Assembly (NCBI RefSeq): GCF_006345805.1
Contig: NC_043016.1
Location: 434,001-498,000 of the forward strand
From: Octopus sinensis
Taxonomy: Eukaryota
Direction of reading: 5' to 3'
Length of the DNA stretch: 64,000 nucleotides
The notes beneath the pieces were generated by a model. The model was not told where the DNA came from, did not search any database, and worked only from the letters and a program-made list of their open reading frames with translations. Positions 24,305 to 35,119 of this stretch are shown one piece after another (the stretch's first letter is position 1; each line of letters starts with the position of its first letter). The position numbers and the translations under genes are program-made.

Positions 24305-24622
24305 AATGTCTGGTAAGCGAACAATGTATGAGTCAGATACATGCTTGCGTGTGAATGGAGGGGAGAAAATCAGGTGTAGTGTTGGCGAATCAAGCATGGA
24401 AGTTTTGAAGGATGCAGTGCTCCGACAACTAACAACTGATGCTGGCAGTTTGTTCCATGCTTCAGCAACTCTTAGCATGAAAAAATGTTTCCGAAAGTCA
24501 TGGGAGCTGTGCTGTTTTCTGACTTTGTAAACATGTCCCACGGGTGTTAGACAGGTGGAGTTTGAAAAGGTGCTCAGAGTTATTGTTTGTAAGATGGTTA
24601 ATAATTTTATGGGTGTCTGTCA
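24305..24622 (-). mobile_element. CR1-like LINE 3' fragment
   Basis: ...TRG/HVYKVRKQHSSHDFRKHFFMLRVAEAWNKLPASVVSCRSTASFK matches the CR1 ORF2 C-terminus pattern (RGH..K...RK.FF..RV...WN.LP); frameshifted. Confidence 0.85.
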
Positions 24623-24961
24623 AAGGAATTAAAAGATTAATAGATGAAAAATTAAAGGATTAAAAGATTAATGGGTGGTCACTCAGTTGACCCTCTTTGC
24701 CTCATACATTCTTTTCAATCACCTGTCTTTTGCAAGAGAGTATATTATGCAGTTAAGAAATTCATTTCCCAACCATGTGGTTTCAGGTTCAATCCCACTG
24801 CACAGCACCTTGGACAAATGTCTTCTGCTATAGCCTCAGGCTGACCAAAGCCTTGTGAGTGAATTTGGTGGATGGAAACTGAAGAAAGCCCATAGTATCT
24901 ATGTGTGTGCGTGATATGTACATGTGTATATATATATATATATGTTTGTTTACATTCATAG

Positions 24962-25365
24962 CCGTAGGAGTGGCTGTGTGGTAAGTAGCTTGCTTATGAA
25001 CCACATGGTTCCGGGTTCAGTCCCACTGCGTGGCACCTTGGACAAGTGTCTTCAACTATAGCCTCGGGCCGACCAAAGCCTTGTGAGTGGATTTGGTAGA
25101 CGGAAACTGAAAGAAGCCTGTCATATATATGTATTAATATATGTATGCGTGTGTATATGTTTGTGTGTCTGTGTTTGTCCCCCAGAATACTGCTTGACAA
25201 CCGATGCTGGTGTGCTTACGTCCCCCGTAACTTAGCGGTTCGGCAAAAGATACCGATAAAATAAGTACTAGGCTTACAAAGACTAAGTCCTGGGGTCAAT
25301 TTGCTCGACTAAAGGCAGTGCTCCAGCATGGCCACAGTCACATGACTGAAACAAGTAAAGGAGTA
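24962..25365 (+). mobile_element. CORE-type SINE, full-length
   Basis: Collinear with 7572-7960. Confidence 0.9.
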
Positions 25366-25647
25366 TTTGTACTTCATTGAAAATACTGAATTGCTGTAGT
25401 GACATTATTGTTATTTTCTCCGTTCTCAAATTACTTTTGGTGGAAACATGTCTTCTAAGACATGTGGAATAAAAGACACTTTACTTTAAAAACAAATAAG
25501 GTTTAAAGACAGGAAAGGCACCTGGACACAAAACAATCACTCAATAATGCATTCACCTAACTCACACCAGCATAGAAAAGAAATAGACTTAAAAAGGAAT
25601 GAGCAAATAACATCTGACAGGAAAAGAAAAAGAAAACTATATTTATA

Positions 25648-25846
25648 TTCTGTTGTGTCTGGGGAGAGTCATTTTATTTTTGTGCCTTATAATGTAACAC
25701 ACACACCGGTAAAATTTCCACTTTTTTCTTATTTTTATTCTCCTGAAATTTTCGTTGCGTCTTGCAACCTTTTCAATAGTTTTACCGGTGAGCGTGTTAT
25801 ATTATAAGGCACAAAAAGAAAATGGCTCTCCCCAGACACAACAGAA
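25648..25846. mobile_element. MITE with ~67-bp TIRs and a probable TA TSD
   Basis: ttctgttgtgtctggggagag...accggtaaaa is the reverse complement of ttttaccggt...ctctccccagacacaacagaa with few mismatches; TA on both flanks. Confidence 0.85.
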
Positions 25847-26578
25847 TATGCTTCAACACACGAACTCATATAAAGAATCTTGCAAACCAAATCCAAAAAC
25901 GAAATATATTTATAAAGATCTCAAAACAAATATTGCAGTAAGTTACCCATTAATACTGTGTATTAATTCAATAAATAAATTCACTAAAATATTTGGGTTT
26001 ATTTTTTTTTTATTATTTAATTCTTTTTAAGGGGCCAAAGAAGGACAGACAAATGGATTAAGTCGATTACATCGACCCCAGTACGTAACTGGTACTTATT
26101 TACTTGACCCCGAAAGGATGAAAGGCAAAGTCAACCCCGGCGGAATTTGAACTCAGAACGTAACTTAATGTTATATCATTTATCTTTTACTTGCTTCAGT
26201 CATCAGACTTGAGCCAACGAGACATTTTTTTAGCCTTAGACATGCTAAAGATAGCAGCCTGAACTCCTTCACATCACACCCACCATACAAAAACACGAAA
26301 AGAAATACAGTAGAATCTCTGTTTAAAATTTAATTCATTGCTGAAGGCTGTTTTGTCACATGAATTATTTATAAACGGAAACTATTTTTCCCATGAGAAA
26401 TTGAAGAAAAAGCTCAGTCAATTTAATCCTTTAGAATTTAAGCCAGCCACATCCGGCCAAAATAATCTACCTGTTTTATCTTCAAACTGACCAGATCCGG
26501 CTTCTAACACTTACAACTACAATATTATTCAGAAATTAAACAATTACATCATTGAAATCTCAAAACTGCAAGGTAATA

Positions 26579-26985
26579 CTCTTTTACTTGTTTCAGTCAT
26601 TTGACTGCGGCCATGCTGGAGCACCGCCTTTAGTCGAGCAAATCGACCCCGGGACTTATTCTTTGTAAGCCCAGTACTTATTCTATCGGTCTCTTTGCCG
26701 AACAGCTAAGTGACGGGGGCATAAACACACCAGCATCAGTTGTCAGGCAATGCTAGGGGGACAAACACACACACATACATATATATATTATATATATTAT
26801 ATATATATATATATATACATATATACGACAGGCTTCTTTCAGTTTCCGTCTACCAAATCCACTCACAAGGCATTGGTCGGCCCGGGCTATAGCAGAAGAC
26901 ACTTGCCCAAGGTGCCACGCAGTGGGACTGAACCCGGAACCATGTGGTTGGTTAGCAAGCTACTTACCACACAGCCACTCCTGCA
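26579..26985 (-). mobile_element. CORE-type SINE, full-length
   Basis: Reverse complement of 7572-7960. Confidence 0.9.
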
Positions 26986-27829
26986 TGACTAATTTTTACT
27001 TATGTGAATAAATAACTACTAAATTTGATCTTTTCAGGGTTGATTAAATAAGTACCAGTTACGCACTGGGGACGATGTAATCGACTTAATACCTATGTCT
27101 GTCCTTGTTTGTCCCCTCTATGTTTAGGCCCTTGTGGATAGTAAAGAAATAGGTATTTTGTCTGCTGCTATGTTCTGAGTTCAAATTCCTCCGAAGTCAA
27201 CATTGCGTTTCATCCTTTCGGGATCGATTAAATAAGTACCAGTTACGCACTGGGGTCGATGTAATCGACTTAATCCGTTTGTCTGTCCTTCTTTGTCCCC
27301 TCTATGTTTAGCCCCTTGTGGGCAATAAAGAATTAAATAATAAAAAAAATAAACCCAAATATTTTAGTGAATTTATTTATTGTCTTTGCAGTCTAGACAA
27401 TAAAGTGAGCGTAACCATTATACAGCTTCCAACTTTGAGTAGTTGGTCTCTATTAAAAAAATAAGCATTTGAAGCTCTTATTGAAGATGTCTGTTACATG
27501 TCATTGTAAGCTGTATTGATGATACCCAACTATTAATGATATTTCTGGGTATTTTTAGCTAACCACTTGAGGTTGTAACCAAGGATACTACATGGAAATA
27601 AAGACAGTGAACAAGTCAGACGAACTGACTCGAGCCTGGCTAGTCTCTCTCTCTCTCTCTCTCTTTACACAAAAGCAGTTGTTAGCCATGGAGAAATGCC
27701 AATATTTCATTCAACATACATACCTGCCTCTACACCAAAAGATGTGTGAGTAGAACAGGTGTGTTATTTAGTAGTTTGTGGTGCAGTACCATGTGGTTTA
27801 TTGTGGCATGGTGTAGTATAGTTCTATAT

Positions 27830-28110
27830 TTAAGAGATGAGGAATTATGTACATTATTTACATTCAACGGATATTTGTCCTCATCTTGTATGTTGTTAAC
27901 ACAACGTTTTGGCTGATTTACCCTCCAGCCTTCATCAGGTGTCTTGAGGAAATTTCAAACCTGGGTTCTCATTCATAAAGTATTTTTTCGATGTTGTTGT
28001 TGTTATTGTTGTTATTATTATTATTATGATTATTCAGGTCACTGCCTGGAATTGGACTTGGAATCTTGGGGTTAGCAGCCATTGCTTTTAACCACTATGC
28101 CATATGCCCA
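27830..28110 (-). mobile_element. tRNA-headed SINE-like element with an (AAT/AAC)n linker and a hammerhead-bearing tail
   Basis: Minus: tgggcataTGGCATAGTGGtt (A box) ... agtccaattcc (degenerate B box), then a microsatellite linker, then the HHR at 27898-27943. Confidence 0.6.
27898..27943 (-). ncRNA. Minimal Penelope-type hammerhead, G12 changed to A (probably inactive)
   Basis: Minus strand GACAC-CTGATGA-A-GGCTG-gagggtaaat-CAGCC-AAAAC-GTT-GTGTT: stem I GACAC/GTGTT, stem II GGCTG/CAGCC, loopless palindromic stem III (ACGT). Confidence 0.75.
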
Positions 28111-28469
28111 AGTCACAAAAACATCAATTTTTGTTGGAGGAAACCCAAACTTATTAAATAGGTACCAGTACATGAATGGTATTTTTTATCCTCTACCTGC
28201 CCCTGGTAAAAAAAAAAAAAAAAAGAAATAGGCCTCAGTAGGATTTGAACCTGGAATGAAAATTGACCTAACTTTTAAGTTAAATACAAAGCATTTTGTC
28301 CACTGCACTACATGTACAGAGATAGTATTTTTAACATAGAGCAAATGCTACATTTTAATGGAAAGGACACAGACAATAAAATAAACACCAGTAAATAACC
28401 GGTACATACTTGTGATCCTAGACAAATACAATATAAGGCAAATTTGGTAGGATTTAAAATCAGTATATA

Positions 28470-28828
28470 AATACCTATTTCTTTATGACCCACAAGGGGC
28501 TAAACACAGAGAGAACAAAAAAGGACAGACAAACGGATTAAGTCGATTATATCGACCCCAGTGTGTAACTGGTACATAGTTAATCGACCCCGAAAGGATG
28601 AAAGGCAAAGTCGGCCTCGGCGGAAATTGAACTCAGAACGTAACAGCAGACGAAATACCTATTTCTTTACTACCCACAACGGGCTAAACACAGAGAGGAC
28701 AAACAAGGACAGACAAACGGATTAAGTCAATTATATCGACCCCAGTGCGTAACTGGTACTTATTTAATCAACCCCGAAAGGATGAAAGGTAAAGTCAACC
28801 TCGGTGGAATTTGAACTCAGAACGTAAC
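28470..28828 (-). mobile_element. Family A SINE tandem dimer (period about 184 bp)
   Basis: atacctatttcttta at 28471 and 28655. Confidence 0.9.
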
Positions 28829-29145
28829 GGCAACAATTTTGGACACCTTTTTGAATTCCATATGTCTAACACTAATGGACATGCTTTTGAAAACATTCTT
28901 TCATGCTCAGAATTGCTGAAGTATGGAATAAACTACCTGCATCAGTTGTTAGCTGATAAGACAATACATCCTTCAAAACTTCCATTCTTCTTGAAATTCA
29001 TCAACACTACACCTGATGCCCCCACCCCTGCTACTTCTTCCTTTTTTTTTTTAGTGACTTATTCACAGTTCACTTCTTGTACATATTTTATGCAATGTTT
29101 GTGCAGTTTTGGTTACTTTTTCTGATGAGTTGTAGTGCACCTGAG

Positions 29146-29358
29146 GGCGGTGAGCTGGCAGAATCGTTAGCACACCAGGCGAAATGCTTAGCAGTATTTT
29201 GTCTGCTGCTACGTTCTGAGTTCAAATTCCGCCAAGGTCGACTTTGCTTTTCATCCTTTCGGGGTCAATTAAATAAGTACCAGTTACACACTGGCGTCAA
29301 TATAATCGACTTAATCTGTTTGTCCCCTCTGTGTTTAGCCCCTTGTAGTAAAGAAATA
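29146..29358 (+). mobile_element. Family A SINE monomer with a 15-bp TSD
   Basis: TSD tgtagtgcacctgag at 29131-29145 and 29359-29373. Confidence 0.93.
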
Positions 29359-29644
29359 TGTAGTGCACCTGAGTTCATTATTATCTTGCAGTTTTAATTC
29401 TCACAGTACCAACCCATCATAAAAAAATTTAAAAAATGGAAAATATTCTGCTACATCCTTTTCTAAAACTAAGCCAAAAATTGAGAACAGATGGATGACC
29501 GTGGCAAAAATGGTTAGAGTGGATGGTCCTACCCTAAGCAACCACCAGCAAATTGGAGAGCAACAGTTGAGCAAGGCCTTGTGCTTTGGTGATCAGGATA
29601 ATCCTAGATTTGCAGGGTTCCTTGATTGACCCCAGCTGTATATT

Positions 29645-29995
29645 TTACTCTTTTACTTGCTTCAGTCATTTGACTGTGGCCATGCTGGAGCACCACCTTT
29701 AGTTGAGCAAATCGACCCCAGGACTTATTCTTTGGAAGCCTAGTACTTATTCTCACGGTCTCTTTTGCCGAACCACTAAGTTACGGGGGACGTAAACACA
29801 CCAGCATCGGTTGTCAAGCAATGTTGGGGGGACAAACAAACATATACATACACATACATGTATACATATATACGACGAGGTTCTTTCAGTTTCCGTCTAC
29901 CAAATCCACTCACAAGGCTTTGGTCGGCCCGGGGCTATGGTAGAAGACACTTGCCCAAGGTCCCACGCAGTGGGACTGAACCCAAAACCATGTGA
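29645..29995 (-). mobile_element. CORE-type SINE, 5' truncated
   Basis: Reverse complement of the family B body and tail. Confidence 0.88.
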
Positions 29996-30001
29996 TCGAA
30001 A

Positions 30002-30445
30002 AATATTAGGATCTTTTCGGTTTGAACGGTAGTTTTTTCTAGCGGTGTCATATGAAATTGTCACCCATCTTATGACCCTAGTATCAATCTATTGCATTTC
30101 AATCTGTTTTAAGGGTTTAGAGGGTTGTTAGGGTTAGGGGTGGGGGGAAGAGTATCTTTTTTTCTTCTCAGAATGTAAATAAATCCAATCTGTTTCTTAA
30201 ACGGGACATATTCATACGGCACAGAATGTTTTTCACCTCATAGACATCATTGATTGGTTTGAAACTGCAGAATTGGAAGAAAAACAACAACAAATATCTT
30301 ACAACTAAGAAATTTTCTCAATAAAGCCAAGAGGAAAAGATGTTTTATAAACACATTCTCCCAGTATACGAAGTTTAAAAGTGTTTAGTTACGTGGAAAT
30401 TATTTAAAAAAAACCTGCCGGTCAAACCGAAAAGATCCAAATATT
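30002..30445. mobile_element. TIR element with internal telomere-like TTAGGG units
   Basis: TIRs ggatcttttcggtttga.cgg.ag/ctgccggtcaaaccgaaaagatcc; internal gggttagggttagggg. Opposite-orientation partial copy at 43975-44305. Confidence 0.75.
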
Positions 30446-31432
30446 TTAATATATGGTGAAATTATTTGTTAAGTAAGTTGTGAAGTCTTTCCAAGTTCAT
30501 TAACAAATACCCAGTTATCACTGTGTGGTAAGAAACTACCTTGGCGACAGAGAGAGAGAGGGGGAGAGAGAGAGACAGAGAGGGTGAGAAACACACGAGA
30601 GAGAGAGAGAGAGAGAGAGAGCAAAAACGTCCGAAGAGAATTATAGCATAAACAAAAAAAAATATACAACACGCATACATAAATTTATCTTTTACCTTAA
30701 ACCCTAACCCTAAACACCGGGTGTGCGCATTCTTTACCATTGCCCTGTATAACGTATATATAAACATATATATACGTTACGTATATGTTTATATGTAACG
30801 TATGCATGTATAATAATAATGCGCGTATATATTTCAAAATCAAAACAAAGAAACAGGTACATGTAATTTGTGGATTAAGATAAACGTTATTATATATATA
30901 TATTAGGCGACGACCAATGCTTTCCTTAACGAATACATCACTAAAAATATTTGTTAAATGATAACGGTAAAAAAGAAAAGAGGAAGAAAAGAAAGTTCGA
31001 CATAGTAACCTGACACAAAATAACTATATATTAATGGTATGTTGTAAGAATATAAGAGAGTTCTAGTAAAAACATAGCAAGCCGAATATGTGTCTGTGTG
31101 TGCATCAGGAAAGAGGTTATCATGACTTGTTGCTTAGTCTCATGTCAAAGTACACAGGATAAAAACTATGATTGAATACGCTCCAATCAGGACCAACACG
31201 TATTTCGCGTATATTCAACATCACGCACAGAATATATTATTACTAAAAAGAGTCTCCTATTTTTCAAGACGATATTTTTGCCGCTATTTCTAGCGAGTAG
31301 GAGGGGTGTATTGTGTGGCTTGCAGATCAAGCAATGGTGTTTTAATAAACAGGTGCGTCTAGAAAAAAATCAATTAATAAAATATAGCTGTTAGTGTGTG
31401 TTAAGAGAGAGATAGAAATATCAAGAAATTAC

Positions 31433-31520
31433 CTTGAGTGATTTGATGTTGGTGAATGGTGTTAAGGGAGACAACTGCACAACTCTTTCCAGCAAAGCTT
31501 TCAGTCGATTCAATGAGTTC
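31433..31520 (-). other. Candidate upstream (5' UTR/first) exon of the VKOR gene
   Basis: Unique, GC-richer stretch ending in a donor CTCAAG|gtaatt (31433/31432), next to a CpG-containing region at 31170-31330. Splicing to the acceptor at 24002 keeps one frame open into the ATG. Confidence 0.35.
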
Positions 31521-31632
31521 ACAATAACCGCAATATACTGTGTGTGTGTATGCGCGTGTGTTTGTGTGCGTGCGTGTGTTTGTGTGTACGTGCGTGTGTG
31601 TATTTGGTAGTGTAGATGTGTATACTTTTGAG

Positions 31633-31732
31633 NNNNNNNNNNNNNNNNNNNNNNNNNNNNNNNNNNNNNNNNNNNNNNNNNNNNNNNNNNNNNNNNNNNN
31701 NNNNNNNNNNNNNNNNNNNNNNNNNNNNNNNN
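31633..31732. other. Assembly gap (100 N)
   Basis: Run of exactly 100 n; true size unknown. Confidence 1.
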
Positions 31733-32375
31733 ATTTATAATGCCAAATATGCCGAAAAATTGGACATGTTGTCCATTACCATATATTCACAATACGCACG
31801 CTACTCGAAAAAAGGTCGACATAAATTTAACCGTTAAAGGTATTTTTTAATATGCTGGCCATTGATAAAGTTTTTTCGAAAAAAATTTATCCTACTTAGA
31901 TATAAATTTAAGCGTTCACTTCCAGACTATCTCAATCTGTGAGAGCCTCAGTTCAAATCGCACGTGTCTCGAATGGGCTAGAGTATTTCTATTTTGGATG
32001 TATTTGGGGTACTTGGCTGTGCTCATGACTTAGTGTTTGCTTCTTCCATGGGTATGAATAAGTATCTCATTTATTTCTTTTGCCACATGTATCACTGACG
32101 AAGAGAGGGCTCTTAGTAGCTAACTCTGAAATCGGTCCGATATGGTAATAATGGTATTTTAAAAAAATTTCTGTCGACCTTTTTTCGAGTAGCGTGCGTA
32201 TTGTGAAAAAATTATATGGTTAATGGACAATATGTCCAATTTTTCGGCATATTTGGCATTAGAAATGTTTTCCTTTGCCCTCATTTATGAATTGTTTATA
32301 AATTTAACCGTTCAAGGTATTTTTTAATATGCTGGCCATTGATACAGTTTTTTCGAAAAAAAATTTATCCTACAT
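31733..32375 (+). mobile_element. HHR-bearing ~477-bp direct-repeat element (retrozyme/Penelope pLTR-like), copy 1, with inverted 5' segment
   Basis: ataaatttaaccgtt recurs at 31821 and 32298 (period 477); 31733-31820 is the reverse complement of 32173-32266; one HHR per unit; no ORF. Confidence 0.75.
32081..32156 (+). ncRNA. Type I hammerhead ribozyme, catalytic core intact
   Basis: Stem I TATCA(32090-94)/TGGTA(32143-47), extended by TGCCA/TGGTA; core CTGACGA (32095-101); stem II AGAG/CTCT with inner GGCT/AGCT; GAAA (32128-31); stem III ATCG/CGAT; AUA cleavage triplet ending at 32142. Confidence 0.85.
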
Positions 32376-32382
32376 GATTATA

Positions 32383-32423
<41 letters not shown>

Positions 32424-32462
32424 TATATATATCTATATATATATATAATATATATATTATAT

Positions 32463-32502
<40 letters not shown>

Positions 32503-32507
<5 letters not shown>

Positions 32508-32843
32508 GAATGAAAGAATGGAGTCGAACGAAGATGTTAACAAAATTCCTTTACTCTGACATATGTTTCGAAGACGGCATGTTTTCATTCCAAAGGATAT
32601 AAAGTGCATTATGCAATCTTCTCATCAGAAGAGGGAGGCCCTCTCATGACAACAAGACAAACAAAAATTTCGATGATTGTTTGTCTTGTTGTCGAGAGAG
32701 GCTCCCTTTCTTTCCTGATGGGAAGATTGCATAATGCACCCTTTATTCCTTTGGAATGAAAACATGCTGTCTTCGAAACATATGTCGAGAGTAAAGGAAT
32801 TTTGTTAAAATCTTCGTTCGACTCCATTCTTTCATTTATTCAT
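32503..32843. mobile_element. Fold-back (fully palindromic) element of about 340 bp
   Basis: Left arm atgaatgaaagaatggagtcgaacgaag...gacaacaagacaaacaa pairs with right arm ttgtttgtcttgttgtc...cttcgttcgactccattctttcat; short spacer near 32666-32680. Confidence 0.9.
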
Positions 32844-33010
32844 ATACAACACACAAATTTCTGCACATGAACCCGGAGTTTCTACCCTGACAGGTCGCTT
32901 CAACCATGTTTCTGACGTGAATTTGCTACCCAGGTTTCGGTTAAACGAATTTTCCATGCTGGCGATAAACATAGGATAATTCATTCACCTACTTATATAT
33001 ATATATATAT

Positions 33011-33068
<58 letters not shown>

Positions 33069-33139
33069 TATATACACATATACACAGATAGATAGATAAA
33101 TAGGTAGATAGATATACATACATACACCACACACCACAC

Positions 33140-33171
<32 letters not shown>

Positions 33172-33317
33172 ACACACACACACACCACACACACACACAT
33201 GCACATGCATATTTGTAGAGGTTGGAAGAGATATTGTCATCGATAGTAATTTAATAAAACAGCTCTAATCTAGCAATTACCAAATGTATTTTTTTAATAA
33301 GGTTTCTTGTAAAGTTA

Positions 33318-33712
33318 TTCTAAGAATCTTCAGCTTCAACGACTGCTTCAATGCTGTACCGGAATTGTTAACATGTCTGTACCAAATGATCGTCTTTCAT
33401 TGAGAATATCACATGCACAATGGCTTCCTTCAGTGAAGATATGGTATTGTGAGGATGTGTGTTTAGTTTCCTCTTCAACAACGCTCCAAACGCATGGGAT
33501 TTAAATCAGGTGGTTTTGGAGGCTGCATGTTTGGTGGTCACATGATCGTAATGATTGTCTGATATCCGTTCTTGTGTCATGCGGGCGTTGTGAGAAAGTG
33601 TTCAGTCTTGTTGAAATATATATAATATTTCAATATGTATTTCCTCCATGCAGGGCTTAACAAATATCTCCAGCACCTCAACATATTCAGCAGCATAATT
33701 CTAACATACTAT
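33318..33712 (-). pseudogene. Tc1/mariner (maT-like) transposase C-terminal fragment
   Basis: YVEVLEIFVKP..YIFQQD*TLSH..PPKPPDLNP..WSVVE..SLKEAI..FRYSIEAVVEAE, with stops and frameshifts. Confidence 0.85.
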
Positions 33713-34121
33713 AGCAAGATGTGAGCTGGTATGACGTGAACTTCGATGTTCATCGCTCCTAAAACCGTCTCAGTTGCTGGAAACTTAGTATCCATCATTC
33801 TGGGAACATCCAAAAGACCTACCCTTAAAGATGCTGTTAGACTTTTTTATATTTTTATATATTTAAAAAAAAATTTTATGGGGGAGGGACGGGCGGAAAT
33901 CTTGCCAATTTAAGCGTGGGGGTGGGTTGGTAAAAAATTACCAAAGTGTCGGGAACATCCGAAAGACCTGCCCATAAAGTAGCTGTTAGACTTTTGGTCT
34001 TTATCATGTTTATGTTAACCTTATTAATTAACCGGTTGGCAAGGATCAAACATTTTCCCTTTATCTTTGCGGACATGAACTGGCTTCTCTTCAGTACGTA
34101 CGATTTATAACCAATTAGCAA

Positions 34122-34392
34122 TATGACCCGGCAACGCCGAGTTATAGTGCTAGTGCATGCATATACAGCTGTGTGCGTGCGCACATACACGCGAGTACTG
34201 TCCAAATCTTCGACCAATCACATATAGCTAGCAAGCTTTCAATTGGCGTATCAAGTTTCGGGCATTTTGATTGGGTTTTGGATAGAAAATTCACAAAATA
34301 GTCACTTCTATTGATTTTTTTTATGGCTTTGCGGGGTGACTGGGGAAATGTAAAGATGTGCACGACCACCCTTGGACGGTTTTGAATGACCA
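34122..34392 (-). mobile_element. HINE family 1 partial copy
   Basis: Collinear with 41582-41850; terminal hairpin degenerate. Confidence 0.7.
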
Positions 34393-35119
34393 TAGAAAGT
34401 GTGGTGCACCAGTTCTGATAGTCCACTTCAACACCCGACGTTTCTTAAAGATGGCTCTCAATGATTTTTCAGGATCATTATCGATGATCTATTGAATCCG
34501 TAAGTTGAATTGCAGTATCCTTATCGTGTCCAAACATTTAGAATCTGGCTTTTTTTCTTTTTGATGCAGCAAAATTAGACGCCATTGCCTTTCAATTAAG
34601 CTGTGTCAAAACTTTGTGCGCAAATGATTTTGTAACATTTAAAAAGCTGGTAATTTCTAAATCGCTGTGTTCCACACAAATGGCAAAAATGTTCAGCTTG
34701 TTTTTTTCATTTCTTGTGTTAGCAATGTGTCTGCTATGAAGGATCTGAGAGGAATAGAAAGCCATTTAATTGGTTTGTTGATTAAGAGTTCTCAGATATC
34801 GCTCGCACCCTGCGTGTGTGTGCCCACCCACCTACACACACACACATACATACATACATACATACATACATACATACATACATACAAACATACATACAAA
34901 CATACACATATACACACACAGACATACACACACGCATACACACACATACACACATACATACAGATTTGTGTGTGTGTGTATGTGTGTGTGTGCATGCATA
35001 CATGAGTGTATTACTTTGCTTATGTATGCACAAAAGATCACGCCCGTCTGTATGCATTTGAAACGTTTCGTTAACATAATTCTATTGTTTACATGGCTTC
35101 ATTCACGGGATATCCGTGT

